From positions 3,467,711 to 3,531,710 of the forward strand of contig JARFYF010000072.1 in NCBI GenBank assembly GCA_030265395.1: a stretch of DNA of 64,000 nt, in the 5' to 3' direction. Within the stretch, counting starts at the first letter, position 1, and the number at the start of each line of letters is the position of its first letter. Made by a program: the position numbers and the translations under genes. The notes under the pieces are model-generated. The model was not told the DNA's origin. It worked only from the letters and a program-made list of their open reading frames with translations, and made no database searches. Below, piece after piece: positions 38,101-51,983 of this stretch. The stretch comes from Rhina ancylostomus. Its lineage: Eukaryota.

Positions 38101-39590
38101 GTGCCAATCCACGCTCTAAACTCATCTGCCTTACCTACAATACTCCGTACATTGAAATAGATGCACCTGAGAACATTTCTATCACGCACAGACCTTTTAT
38201 TTCTGTCTATACCTGCAATACTTGCATGACCTTTTTCTCCTCCAGCTCACTATGTATTGGAACAATCTGGTTCTCCTCTCTCTGTAAATCTAGTTGAACA
38301 AATCCCATACACCCCCCCGAACAGCACAAGCAAACCTACCAGCATGTATGTTAATCCCCCTCCAGTTAAGGTGCAAACCATCCCGTCCGAACACGTACCA
38401 CCATCCCTAGAACAGAGCACAATTGTCCACAAACATGAAGCCCTCCCTCCTGTACCTTTTCCTTAGCCACGTATTTAGCTGCATTGTCCTCCTATTTCTC
38501 ACCTCACTAGTACGTGGCATGGGTAGCAATCCTGATATTGCAACCTTGGAGGGCCTGTCCTTCAACTTTGCACCTACTTCTCTAAACTCTCGTCGTGATA
38601 GGAAGGACCTTCTTCTCCTTTCTATTCACATCATTGGTCCCTCCGTGGACTACGAAATCCGACTGCTCACCCTCCCTACTGAGACTCTCGAGAATTCGAT
38701 CCGAGATGTCGCGAACCTTGTCACCAGGGAGGCAAAGGCCATCCTGTATTCTCGATCTCTCCCACAGAACCTCCTAAACTATCGAATCCCCTATCACTAT
38801 TGCTGTCTTATTTTCTCTCCTTCCTTTCTGGGCCGAGGGTCCCGTCTCGGTGCAAGAGACGCTATCACTTCAACTTGTCCCTGGTCGGTCGTCCCCACCA
38901 GCATAATCCAAAAAGGTATACTTATTGTTGATGGGAACCGCCACAGAGTTTCCCTGCTCTTTCTGTCAAAACACCTTACCTCTCCTGGCAGTCACTCAGC
39001 TACCTGCCTCCTGACATTTAGGGGTGACTATCTCCCTAAATCTTCTGTCTCTTTCTGCCTCTGCCTCACGAATGATCCGAAGTTCATCCGGCTCCAGCTC
39101 TAGTTCTCTAACTCGGTTTGTCAGGATCTGCAACTGGATGCACCTTTTACAGGTGTATTCATCAGGAACAAGTGTGCTGTCCTTGACGTCCCAGATACAG
39201 CATTCGGAGCACTCAACAGCCTTAACTTCTGCCATCACCACAGACTCCTAATTTAATTAAATTAAAGGAATTTACCAGCCTTACCCCTCAGGGAGCAAGC
39301 TCTTCCTCAGGCTCTGCTCGCCGAAGCTTCTTGAGCCAATGTCTCAAAGCTCCACTCCTACCCTGAACCACTGACACACTGGCCGCTCCTCTTCAGTTAG
39401 TCCTTAAATTTGTCCCTGCCAATTACCTCAAGTACACACTCGTTCTAATCAAGCACTCAACACTGTTCAACCGTTTAGTTGCTCTCCACTTATCAAGATT
39501 TTTAAATACACTCACCGTACCTGAAAGGGAACTGCTGGTCCAACGGCTGCCGGGCTGCTTCTGTGCATCCAGAACAGTACTGTTTGACTT
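35105..39590 (-). mobile_element. Near full-length CR1 LINE (5' UTR, ORF1, APE-RT ORF2, 3' tail), disrupted
   Basis: ORF1 start MVMAEVKAVECSECCIW...CKRCIQLQILTNRVRELE (zinc finger and coiled coil) with esterase-type DGLHF-like end. ORF2 DWQFNVPGFRCFRRD, GLYYRPPNSQ, NPKCFFK.IKSKR, HDTKIGGVVDSE, LVRPNLQYCVQFWSP. Confidence 0.92.
36611..36850 (+). mobile_element. tRNA-derived V-SINE (HE1-like) nested in the CR1
   Basis: tRNA-like head ggcacggttgtgtagtggtta, V-domain gtctgcgtgggtttcatccgggtgctccggtttcctcccac, tail gggcctgtgaccacgctgtaaataaaa. Confidence 0.9.
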
Positions 39591-41254
39591 AACGGGGCTG
39601 GTGACTTTCGGGAACGGAGCATTAAGTAGAGACATCTGTTTTAATTTGACTTTACATGATGTTATTATAACGTTATAAAAGAACGGACTTACATTCGATG
39701 TATTTTAATAATCTTTTTGGATACAACCATGAAGATATTTCATCTCATCAAGAGAGAAATTTGCACATGGTGGAAAATGCCTGCTGGACGCATATGATAT
39801 CAAGTTTCTCTATTCAGTGAAAGGCGCATCCATCATCGCAGGTAAGATGAGTATGTCACTCGCTGACCGCTGCATCTCGCGAAAAAGAAATGCTATCGAG
39901 AAGTTCCGGACGTGGGGAGCCATGGAGTGGAAATTTTACTGGTGTGATTGAACACCACGCGGTAGGTGAACAGGAGACAGTGCCGAGTCAATTGTGATTC
40001 TGCTCAATGAACAAATTATGTGAATGAATCTGTTCAATAAACATCAGTAGCATCTTGAAACTAATATGTCACTGTTAACGTCAAAATAATCAGTTATTAT
40101 TTGCATAGATGACAAAAGTAGAATACGAGAAGAGAAACGCCCAATGAACAGGGAAACTTGTTAATTTGCATTCAGTTGGTACCCCTCTACTTTCAGGGCA
40201 AACAAGCCGAAGGTCGCACTGAAAAGGGCAAAGAGTCAGTGGCGGGGAAACCGCTGCAACCGCTGCTCAGGGAACCGAACTGCTCTTTTTTGGAGAAGCA
40301 CTGATAATAAGAGACATACATAACTGTTTTTAAGGTCAGCTTTCATCGATTGATCCAATTGTATTCTTCAACTATCAGGGAAGATCCAAGGAAATATGTT
40401 GTATTTGTTGGTGGAATATTAAGCGGCGCTTACCCAGGAAACAGAGAAAATACAGCTACTTCCGAATGTGATAATATCGATAATTGGACGGGAGTGCAGG
40501 AGGGTGGTGAAAGTCTATCAGCGTTTGTTCTCTGACTGAAAATGAGCGCTTAATATGTTCTCACAGACATCAGAACTTCGGTCATCACTGTACATTTGAT
40601 ACTTAAACAACATGGACGTTCGTGGATGCAGTACAATTGTGATTCCCTAACATTGGGAAGAGTATTGTCAGGATGACAGCAGACAGAAGGAACCTTATTC
40701 AAATGCAGAGAACGGGAATACTAAGAATTGTATTTGGCGTAATCCAAAGCTGACAGAACTCAGCCCCTGAGTTCTCTGCTCAGTAAATTGTCCTGGGACT
40801 ACCCGGGGACAAATATGGATATCAATGTCAAGAGGTGACTCAACAACGATCAGCACGCTGGCAAACTACGATCCTCAGCGTCGGAATATCCACAGATAAT
40901 GTTGAACTGCAAGGTTACCGCGCGCTTTGTAGGCATACGTAAAAATTCTGGTATTCGGCAGAATTAATAAAAGATCATTAAATCTGCGTTTTCGATTGAA
41001 ATTCACAAGAAATGAATTCCGAAATTTGTTGAAAATATCGTTCATACTTCCATACAGATCTTTTTGAAAAAAAATAAAGCAATATAAATTACATGTAAAA
41101 AAAGTAAAGAACAATATCTTCCTTTGTGATGTCCGTTGAATGAAATGCTGCACTGAACCGAAGAACTGCAGAGAAACACACGGAGACTTCACGTTGCAAC
41201 AAGCGTTACATGAAGGTAGATTGATTGACATAACAGTCATATGCAGTATCTTAC

Positions 41255-41324
41255 TAGGAATACTGACCACTGCAAGTGTATGATAATAAATGCTAGCTCT
41301 GTAGTAAATTGCCACATATCAGTT
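41255..41324 (-). pseudogene. Orphan GPR139-like exon 1 remnant
   Basis: Reverse strand reads AAC TGA then YVAIYYRASIYYHTLAVVSIP+A|gtaaga: 70 nt, with ATG GGA mutated to AAC TGA. Aligns codon for codon with 48385..48454. Confidence 0.8.
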
Positions 41325-41507
41325 GTGTAGAACATTTTAACTGTCCATAGCAGTGATTCAAGGAGTGTTTGTACACCGGACGGAAAGTCAGTTAAGCCAA
41401 TTCGTATCCTGCTCGGTCACGTTAGCCACAAGCCTCTGAACAAACACTAATGATGCATTGTTTTTACTAACTGTGTCATAAAATTAGCTCTTCGAGGGAT
41501 ATTGCAA

Positions 41508-41615
41508 GCAATAGAGGGCTATGGGTAAGCATAGTAATTTCTAGGTTAGGAACATTTTCGGCACAGCTTTGTGGCCCGAAGGGCCTGAATTGTGCCGTAG
41601 TTCTTCTATGTTTCT
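41508..41615 (+). mobile_element. Short CR1 3' tail
   Basis: tagtaatttctagg...ggcacagctttgtggcccgaagggcctgaattgtgc...ttctatgtttcta. Confidence 0.8.
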
Positions 41616-41939
41616 AATTTCTTTTGACGTTGTTTGGGTTAGCGACAGATTCTCGGAGGAGAAGGTCCCATGTTCTACTTCCGTGTCAGGGAAATGGAGC
41701 TGTTACGAAAATATTTTAAAATTCGTTTATTTTTCTTTCCTGATTCAGCAGCAAGACGTATTTGCAAACAAGGGAGGCACGTACAAGTAGTAAAGGTTAG
41801 GGAAACTACTTTATTAGTGTTATATAAATAATAAAATACAGAACGAAAGATGAAATACAGAAGGAACCAAAATAATACATCAACCAATCAATTACCAGAT
41901 ATATATTAATTTCCTTATCTTCGATTGGCATCTCCAAAC

Positions 41940-44356
41940 AGTGCGGGGTTTAGATGGGGTGGAGTTTGTTAGTTGTGTTCAGGAAAGATACTTAACACAA
42001 TATGTAGATGGGCCTGCAAGAGGAGAGACTGTGCTTGATTTGGTCTTGGGAAGTGAACCTGGTCAGATGTCAGATCTCTCTGAAGGTGAACATTTTGGTG
42101 AAAGTGATCAGAGTTCTATCTCCTTTACGTTAGCACGGGAGAGAATTGGAATAGACAGACTAGAAAGGCGTTTGCTTGGAGTAAATGGAATTATGAGGCT
42201 CCCAGGCAGGAAATTGGAAGGTTAAATTGGGAATGATGTTCTCTGGGAAAAGTACGGAAGAAATGTGGCAAATATTAAGGGGATATTTGCGTGGAGTTCT
42301 GTATAGGCATGTTACAATAAGACAGGTGAGTCACGAGAGGATACAGAAACCGTGGTGCCTATAGGCTATAATGAATCTAGTCAAAAGGAAAAGAAGGTAC
42401 ACAAGTTCCAGAGAGCTAGGTAATGTCAGAGATCTGGAAGAATATAAGGCTAAGAGGAAGCAACTTAAGAAGGCGATTAGGAGAGCCAGAAGGGGACATG
42501 GGTATACCTCGGCGACAGTATTAAGGAAAACGCCAAGGTGTTCTGTAAGTATGTGAATAGCAAGAGGATAAGGTGCGAAAGTTTAGGGCCTATCAAATGC
42601 AGCAGTGGGAAAGTGTGTATTTATCCGGAAGAAGTAGCGGAGGTGCTTAATGAATACTTTACATCAGCATTTACTACGGAAAAAGATCTGGAGAATTGTA
42701 GTGGGGACTTGCAGCAGCCTGAAAAGCTTGAGCATGTAGATATTAGGAAAGAGGAGGTGCTGAAACTTCTGGAAAGCATCAAGATCGATAAGTCGCCGGG
42801 ACCGGATGAGATGTACACAAGGTTGTTGTGGGAGGCGAGGGAGGAGGTTGCGGAACCTCTGACTATGAATTTTGCATCGTCCATGGAGACGGGAGAGGTT
42901 CCGGAAGATTAGAGGGTTGCGAATATTGTTCCCTCATTCAAGAAAGTGAGTAGGGATATCCCAGGGAATTATAGACCGGTGAGTCTTGCCTCAGTGGTTT
43001 GTAAGCTGATGGAGATGATCCTGAGAGGCAGGATTTATGAACATTTGGAGAGGTACAATATAATTGTCAGCATGGCTTTGTCAAGGGCATGACCTTCCTG
43101 ACGAGCCTGATTGAATTTTTTGAGGATGTGACTAACAGATCGTTGAAGGAAGAGCAGTAGATGCAGTGAAATTGATTTCAGCAAGGCGTTTGACAAGGTA
43201 CCCCATGCGAGGCTTATGGAGAAAGTAAGGAGGCATGGGATACAAGGGGACATTGCAGTGTGGGTACAGAACTGGCTGGCCGACAGAAGTCAAAGGGTTG
43301 TTGTCGAAGGGTCATATTCTGAGTGGAGGCTGGTGACCTGTAGTGTATCTGTGGTGTATCAGGAATCTGTACGGGGACCCTAACTCTTGTTTTTCATTTT
43401 GATAATCGACCTGGATGATGAAGTGGGAGGGGTGGGTTCGTACGTTTGCTGATGACATTAAGGTTGAGGGTTTTATGGATAGTTTGCAGGGCTGTCAGAG
43501 GTTACAGAGAGATACAAATAGGATGCAGAGTTGGGTTGAGAAGTGGTAGATGCAGTTCAACCCAGACAATTATGAGGTGTTTCATTTTGTTAGGTCAAAT
43601 ATGTTGGCGGCATATAGTATTATTGGTAGGACTCTTGGCAATGAGGAGGATCAGAGGGATTTTGTGGTCCGAGTCCATAAGACGCTCAAAGCGGCTGCGC
43701 AGGTTGACTCTGTGGTTCAGAAGGTATATGGTGTATTGTCCTTCATCAATCGGGGAATTGAATTTAGGAGCCGAGAGGTATTGTTGCAGCTCTTTAGATC
43801 CCTGGTCAGACCCCAATTGGAGTAGTGTGCTCAGTTCTGGTCGCCTCACTTCAGGAAGTATGTGGAATCCATATAAATGGTGGAGAGGAGATTGACAATG
43901 ATACTGCCTAGAATGCGGAGCATGCCTTATGAAAGCAGGTTGAGGAAACTCGGCCTTTTCTCCTTGGAGCGACGGAGAATGAGGGGGTACATGATAGAGC
44001 TGTATCAGATGATGAGAGGTATTCATCGGGTAGATAGTCAGAGGCTGTTCCCTAGGGCTGAAATGGTGGCGACGAGGACACAGGTTTAAGGTGCTGGAGA
44101 GCAGATACAGGTGAAATGTCAGGAGTAAGTTTTTTTACTCAGAGAGTGGTGAGTACGTGGAATGGGCTGCCGGCAACGGTTGTGGAGGCTGATACGATTG
44201 GGTGTTTTTAGGGACTGATGGATGTTTTCAAGGAGCTGAGAAATATCGAGGGAAATGGGTATTCCTGGTCATTTCTAGGGTAGGCACTTGTTCGGCACAG
44301 CTTTATGGACCGAAATGCCTGAATTGTGCTGTAGTTTTCCTATTTTCTATGTTGTA
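41940..44356 (+). mobile_element. CR1 LINE ORF2 (APE end, RT, 3' tail), 5'-truncated and degenerate
   Basis: LDLVLGSEPGQ..GEHFG.SD, KSPGPDEMY.RLLWEARE, NYRPVSL, DFSKAFDKVPH, FADD, LVRPQLE. Confidence 0.93.
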
Positions 44357-45039
44357 TATAATGCTTGAGAGAACCTCAGTTGTCCGAAAGCCTTTCACGA
44401 AGCCTTCTCTCTGTGTCTCAGCATTTGTCGCTACCCAGCCTCAGGGAAGGTCTCCATTTGCACTGTTATCCCTTTTTATACCCCTCAATAACTTTACATA
44501 ACCTTTACCCAGGTACTTTCCATTTCTTCAGGTGACCAGCCTGTACATTATTATTACTCACGTCTTCGGCCAAAACACCTAACTTAGAAACACAGATAAC
44601 AGGTCTGTAAAGAAGAAAACATCCTTCACCAGTATCTCAACTCAAGGATACGCGTCTGTCCTTCCATAAATTCGCAAAGCATTTCCACAATCTGAGCTGA
44701 CACTGTTTTGTGTGACACACTACTGCACATACTCAGGAGGAATCAGAAATGATTGTAGCTAATATATCCGACGGATTCTAATATATCTCGACTCACTACT
44801 TCCGACTCCTGTTTGTTATTTCTGAGTTCCGTTTCTCCACTTCCAAGAGAAGGATGTAGACTCGTGTCCCAGGGATAAATGATCCAGTTGATTTCAATAT
44901 AATTCCAGCAATGCAACAATCGCATCACCTCCACTTAGTTTTTTTGGCGCGGTTCCCTCGCCTCCATTCATGAATTGTGCAGCCTTCCGTGGATATAATA
45001 GTTTCAGGATGGTCAAGAATGTTCTTTCTTGATTTATCA

Positions 45040-46625
45040 TATTCACTATGGAGAAGGACGGGGAAGGTCAGAAGTTCAGGGAAATGAACTCTAATATCCC
45101 GAGACACATGGATATTATGGAAGAGGAGGGGTTGGCGGTGTTCCAGCGCATGAAGGTGAATAAATGGCCGGGATATGACCAGGTGTATTATGAGACGTTG
45201 TGGGAAATAAGAAATGAAGTTTCTGGGGCACTGACAGATACTTATGTGTTTTTGCAAGACGGAGGTGCGGTACTAGAAAACTGGAGGATGACTCATTTTA
45301 TTCCTTCATTTAGGAAGTGCTGCAAGGGCAAGACAAGGAACCGTACACTGGTGAGCTTTACATCAATGGCTAGAAATTACCGGAAGTGATTCTAAGGGAG
45401 AGCGTTTATTAGCATTTAGAAATATATGGTCCCATTTGGGACAGACAACTTCATTTTTCTCGTGCGATATCTTGTCTCACAGATTTGACGGAGTTTCTCA
45501 GGAAGTGGCCAAGAGGTATGACAAGGGCATAGCAGTAAACATTATTCACATGGAATTTAACAAGGCAATTGACAAGGTCCCATTTGGTAGGCTGGTCCAC
45601 CAGGTTAGAATACATCGGATCAAGTGTAAGGATGCTGATGAAATACAAAACTTGGCTTGGTAGTAAGAGACAAAGAGTGAGAGCGGAGGGTTGATTTTCA
45701 TTTAGTGAAACTGTAATCAGTGTTGTGGCGCAGTCAATGAATACGGTTTTCAAGGTTCAAACAGGATCTAGATTGTTGGGAATGCGAGTAAGAGAACAGC
45801 TGATGGTATTTAACTCAGACACGTAGGACGTGATTCATTTTATGAAGTTGAACCAGGCCAGGAAACATGTGCACTGGCAGTACACTAGGTTGCGCTGTTG
45901 CTGCCTTGGGGTGATACATTCACAGCTCCGGGAAAATAACAACACAGGCAGATCGAGTGAAGAAGAGGTCGTGTGCCATGGTTGAATTCATCGACCGTGG
46001 AACTGAGTACAAAACTTGGAACATCACCGAGTAGTAATTTTAGTTGTTAGCGTGGTAGAACTTGGATCATTGTGAACAACTTGGAACATTGTGTGTAGAT
46101 CCAGTGGTCACGCTATATAAGGATGTGATTAAGCTGGGCAGGAGGCAGAGAAATTTCAACGGGATGTTCCCTGGACCGGAGGGCTAACGGAGATATTAAA
46201 TGAGGATCTAACTGATTGCACTGCAGAGAAGGGGCCTGAGGTGCGACCAAATAGAAGTTTCTTTATTCATGAAGAGAACAGCTACATTATAAAATCACAC
46301 AGTATTACGCAGAGTAGAAACGTTTTAAACCAGAAAGCATGGTTTCAATGTGAGGGGAGAAGATTTAAGAGATCGAAGAAGGAGATCTAAGGGACTTGTT
46401 TTCCAGTCAGAGGTTGTTAGGAATATGGAACGAGCTGACAGAAGATATGGTGGAGGCACGCACCATTAAAACGTTTAAAACATATTTGGACATGTGCATC
46501 CGCAGGAAAGGTTTGGAGGTAGACAGGCGGAACGCGGGATAATAGGAGTTGCGTACAGCGGCATGTTGGTCGGCATGTACGATTTGGGCCAAAGAACCGT
46601 GGTGTCTAAATCTGTGACTCTATAC
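45040..46625 (+). mobile_element. Older, highly decayed CR1 LINE
   Basis: KVNKWPGYDQVY..TLWE, EFNKAIDKVPFGRLV, WNEL.EDMVEA; many stops. Confidence 0.8.
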
Positions 46626-46723
46626 TCGATAAAGTATTGACATATTTACCAAACTCATTAATGTTTCAGAACATTTACTTGATGAAAACATTTATTCAGC
46701 GAAGTTGCAATTGGATCTCCATG

Positions 46724-47622
46724 TTATCGGCAGAGCAGCCCATTTAATGTGAAGACATATCTCACTCCATTCTTCAACTCAGTCCTGAATTTTCTTTGAG
46801 TCAGCGTGTAGATGCACGTGTTAGTGCACATACTGAGCATTTGCAAAAAAAATCCGACCTGTTGCAGGATATATATTGGGTTATTCAAATATCTGTCTGT
46901 GTAACGAGAATTTTGCGGTTGCCAGTTCATAGAATGTACAACATAGGGCATCCATAATAAGATGAAATTAGCTGATATAGCGAACAACAAAATCATTGAT
47001 TTTCTTCGGTTCTCCACCTCTTCATCCTTCTGATTCTCGATGCTGTTTCGAAGTCCTCTGCGTACTTTATTTGCCGCTATGATATGTCTGACTGTTAACC
47101 CATTGAACAACAGAATTAAACAGATTGGTAACAACGGTGTCAAGATACTGTCAAGTAACTCGTAGGCTTTCCACGCCGATGAGGTAAAATATTCAGCCTT
47201 AAAGACGCATTGCCATGGAATGTTGTCTATTATGACGTCAGGCTCCACCATAAAGTAAAATGGGACACATCTCCCGCAGCTCACGACAACCACGGTCACT
47301 ATAACTACAGTCGCTGTTTTCTCGGTGCAGTATCGTTTTCGGAGGTTTTGGCAACAAATTGCGATAAAGCGATCGAAAGTGAAAACCACTGTTAGCCAAA
47401 CGGAACAGTCCCTGGTTACAACCCTCAGTACTTTAGTCAGAGCGCAAATTGGAGTAATGAATAAGAAATTAGTATACAAATAGATAAAGTTAGTCTGTTC
47501 CACTAAAGCAACAACGATAACCACCATGAGATCTGCTGCTGCCATTCCAACCAGATACCGGGTGATACATTTGGAGAGTCCGCATTTTCCCCGGGAGATA
47601 ATCAAAATCGCCGTCAAATTAA
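46724..47622 (-). CDS. GPR139/142-like class A GPCR gene B, exon 2
   Basis: Acceptor ttttttcatttgcag|TT AAT TTG; NLTAILIISRGKCGLSKCITRYLVGMAAADL, SVWLTVVFTFDRFIAICC, LLWMP, SMCTNTCIY, RKFRTELK. Open to the stop codon. Confidence 0.95.
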
Positions 47623-48384
47623 CTGCAAATGAAAAAAAAGTTATTCAAACCAGGCTAAAGTGGATCCGTTTTTACTTGACAAATACACTGAACCGTGCGA
47701 AATGATGCCCTTCCTCTGATCCTATGCTGCAAATGGCTGGTTTGGAATCTGAGCGAAGAAATGCAGTCCATTCAAGCTCTGCTATTGCATTCTGTCTGGA
47801 GGACAACGCCGGAGCGGAGTTATAATTGTTTGGGACACTCACCAATCGTTGACAGAGGGGGCTTAAACGTCCACAACATACTCAGCGCTGAGTGGTGGTC
47901 ACCTAATCATCGAAAGCTTGTCCATCATTGGAGCTGAAATGCTGAATGGAGCATTGATCCAAGTAAAAAAGTGGACTCAGGGAAAGTGTTTCTGCAATCA
48001 TGACATATTTCAGGACTGCGATTTAAAATCAAAACTGGCAAAAGAACGCCAACGTTGAAACGGGGAGACTTTTCGTGTTATTGTTGAAATTGAAAAGACA
48101 CTTCGACAGATATAAATACCAATAGCGTTTCGTAAAGTCGAGAAGAGAAATGCTGGAAATATGTCAATATTAACACCAACGTAATTAACAAGAGACCCGG
48201 CCATTAAAGATAAAATACGCTGAAGATCGACAGAGCCCGATCAGCTAGTTCAAGCCTCTTCATTCTGGAAATACTCAGCAGGTGAGTTAGCGTTCTGTTG
48301 GGTATCAAGACGTCTATTCTGCAGTGCAAATATTGCAACAAATCACGGCAATCACACATATGGCAGTCACGTCCAGTCTCTTAC

Positions 48385-48454
48385 CAGGGATAGCAACCGC
48401 TGCAATTGCAGGATAAAAAATGCTCGCTATGTAATAAATTGCTGAATATCCCAT
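48385..48454 (-). CDS. GPR139/142-like GPCR gene B, exon 1 (MGYSAIYYIASIFYPAIAAVAIP+G); full protein 322 aa
   Basis: aaaATGG Kozak-like start and canonical donor G|gtaaga. The 762-nt phase-1 intron joins in frame to 47622. Confidence 0.9.
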
Positions 48455-48604
48455 TTTCTGTCGGAAGCAACGAACACGTGTGCTGTATGTGCGAACTGTC
48501 CATACGTACTGGTGATTGGTTTAGCAAACTCTAATATAAGAGAAGTAAACTCCACTGAGACAATTACTGTGATCGTAATTCTCAGTCACATCAGGCACAT
48601 CCCA

Positions 48605-48615
48605 CTGAACAAACA
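48605..48615 (-). promoter_or_regulatory. Conserved TGTTTGTTCAG upstream motif of gene B
   Basis: About 150 nt upstream of the ATG; a similar motif lies at a similar distance in the six other exon-1 copies. Confidence 0.5.
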
Positions 48616-49399
48616 CTTACGATAAATTGTCTTCATCATTGTGTCATTATGTAATGAATTAGGCTCCTCAAGGGATTTTCGAGGTTATGTATTTTTAAAA
48701 AAGTTAACCTTTTTTGAGGGCAATATTGCAAGTTCAATTTCCATGACACGAGATTGAATCTTCTAAAATACAACAGTTCCTTGGATCAGTATTATTTATG
48801 ACATGGACACACAACTTGAAATAGGTATCATTCATAACATTAGACGGAACACTTTGGGCTTCTGAGATAAAGAAGGGGAGTTTAATTTGGCAGATGAAAT
48901 GAAGTACCCGTCTTCCATGAAGAGGAAGACTCAGCTCTCCTTTTCGATTTTGGGGAGGGGGTGTATTCGTGCTGGAAATCACAGGAACAGCTGAGAACAT
49001 TTAACGTAATAAAAAGGACACAACAACCAGTTACCCCTGAAGATATCAACAGATCCACACCGACACTGGAGTCACCTGCAATGAACACACAGAATCCCAA
49101 TTCCAAAAACTAGATCGGTAGAAGAACTACGTTTTCTGGAACAGAAGTCGGCCTTTCGGCCAGAATCATACTGCCTTCTGCAACTGAAAGGCATGACCTC
49201 CGTTGACATTTGTTGCAGTGCCATGTTTTATTTCTTTTAAGACATTAATCGCGATTTTATTTGTCACTTATCCAAGGTTCTGATCTTACCCCAATTTTAT
49301 GCTGACCGCTGCTGCCTGAACGGAGATCAAATCGACGACCCAACTGGAGGACCCTGCGCTTTGATATTCAGAGACTCAGCAATGGGAGAAAAGTAGAAT

Positions 49400-49820
49400 G
49401 GCAATATTGGATGGTTCGACCCTCTCTTGTTGGACATGGTCATGGTCTGGAAATCTGTTGCCCGTAAATTACGTATGATTGGTCAATCTATTCCTGAATA
49501 TCTTGGTGCACGAAGCCATGACATGCTTCATTCTTGGGCAGTTGCAAATGGAACTGAAGGACAAGAAATCATCAGCGAGCATTCACACCTTTGACATACT
49601 CATGGATGGAAATTCATGAATGAGGCAGTTGAGAGCAGTTGGACCCAGCAGACAGTTCTGAGGGACTCTCACAGTGATCCCCTGGGGCTGGGATTATGGA
49701 CTGTTGGAAAACACACCATTTTTACATAGTGAGAGATATGATTTTGACACTTGGTGTGTCTCACTTCTATTTCCCGTTGAATTCAGTTTTAGCTACGTTT
49801 GTTGATGCTACGCTCCAGCA
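49400..49820 (-). mobile_element. Degenerate CR1/L2-group RT fragment
   Basis: Reverse strand resembles a decayed GVPQGSVLGP..FSCFI...V.MLADD segment. Confidence 0.55.
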
Positions 49821-51983
49821 TTCATTTCAAGAGGAGACGCCCTCTAAATTCTACCAAAGGAAGTCATGGTGGAAACAACGGTTGTACTGTTGCTGACTTT
49901 CCAGCATTTTTAAACGGTGGTACATTGCCTAAAGACTCGAGCATGGCAAACCTGATGTTAATATTTATATAAGGTAGGAATGGAATAAACTCGCTATTGC
50001 AGGCCAGTTAGTTCAACAAAGGAAGTGTCGAACGAAACCTTGAATCTTGTGTGGACAACACGATAATAGAACACGTGGAACAGATTAAGAACCTTGGATC
50101 AAATCAGCGTGAAGTAACGAAAGGAAAAGCATGCTTGCCATGTCACTAGAGGACTTGGGAGAACACTTTAACAGAAAGTGGCGAGTCAGTTGCAAAGTAA
50201 GTATTTGTAAAAGAGGTTTGCATTCCCTCTTCTGTCACCTGCTCATCTTTCAACATCCTCTGCACTCTCTGCATTCAGCCTGTCTTTCCGTTGCATTCAT
50301 TAACTCTGAATTCACCTTCATTCTGTATTTCCTCATTCTCGATTTCTCTTCAAATATGATCAGCCTGTCTCTCTGTGTCCACTTTTCCTTTGTTTGTTGT
50401 CAATTTACATAATTCGTAGAATACACCGGATCTGTTCCAAGGTAAACAGGCCCCACTTCTGCAGTCTTTTCACGGAACTAAACTGATGGCCCTTGGAATT
50501 ATTTCAACATATCGTTTCTGCACTCCCTCTAACCCATTTACAATTTTGCAGAAGAGCGGTGCCCAGAGGTGAACACAATATTTCAACAGACACAGAAAAT
50601 GCCGGAAACACTTACCAGATCAGGCACCTTCCGGATAAAGTAAACGTCTCATCTCGAACGGTTAAAACGGTTTCTCTTTATGGAGATCATCGTGACCTGT
50701 TGTATGCTTCTCTTATTGTCTGTTTCGGTTTCTATTTTCATCATTTCAGGTTTTTATCAACTATAGACACAATAACCAAGTTGTGGCCGGACCAGTGTGC
50801 ATCATGACTTTGTCGTTCTCTGTTTCAGTGCGTCTCCTCATAAACCCCAGAGTACGTCTGCCAGAATCCACAGAAACACTGAGCCGTGAAGATGGTTGTT
50901 TACGCTAATCAATGGTGCTCTGGAGTTCTCAGCCCTCAGAACAGTTTATTCCCGTCATCGTATTGTGAATTCTGTCTGCCAGAATACGGCTGTGTTTGGA
51001 CTTCGGGCTTTCCAGATCTCGGGATCTCATATTAGATACAACAATGCAGAGTAATCGATCTTTCGAGTAGGTTTCGGAACTGATTAGGTCTGAGGAAAGA
51101 TCCTTATCCGGAGACATTGCCTCTGGAGACATGGAAAGAGAAACAATGTCTTCTGTCTGACCTGCTGAGGTTTCCCAGCATTCCCAATTATCATTCTGAA
51201 CATGAGTAGAAATGAGTAGAAATATAAGGTAGAAGTATCCAAGAGAGAGTTAGGAAACTCGGGCCAAACATCTGAAACCCGCATGTGAAAATTATTTGGA
51301 CGTGAAAATGAAGACTGGGCTCCGCAGGACCTCAGTGAAAGAGTTGGAAAGCGGATTCTTCCGTGAGCCGTGTTTTTTTCTCTGGTGTTCCGGTTTACTA
51401 CCACAGGCCAAAGATGTGCTGGTTGTGTGCCTTGTGCGCCTTGTGTGCACGAGTGGCAGGACGAAGGAGCTGACGGTATGGAGGTGAGTGGATGTGTGTC
51501 CGAGGCAAAGCCAAGACATTTAAAGGGCTAGGGAGAGCAGACCAATGATATTCCGCCCTGTCCCTGTGTGTAATTGGAACAAATGTTGACATTTTGATCC
51601 TGGTATGATTTAAGTGAACATTCTGGTCGTCTTGTTTGACATTGCCAAGAAACCTCCTTTCTTACAGCTCCGTTTGAGGCCTAATTTAGTTGCAACACGC
51701 TGAATGTAATTCTCGTCAGATTCTACCCCACCTTGTATCCTGAGTGGTGATTTCAAGTCCACCACTTTCTTCTAGTGGCCCTCTCCAGGACGAGGAATAA
51801 GTGCCGACATCGCAAACCTCGGCACCTCCGGAGTACGAATTGACATTTTTAACATTGAGGATTTGATGGAGCGACTCTCAGAGCCGAGTGATCCTTCTCT
51901 TGCGGAGTTTTTGTGATTCCCCCGACCAAATTCAATTGGGTGTGAGTCTTACCTCCACAATCGGGGCTGCGCGAGGAGCCTGT

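Noticed and set aside
38423-39103. 226-aa plus-strand ORF
   Set aside because: Antisense to CR1 ORF1.
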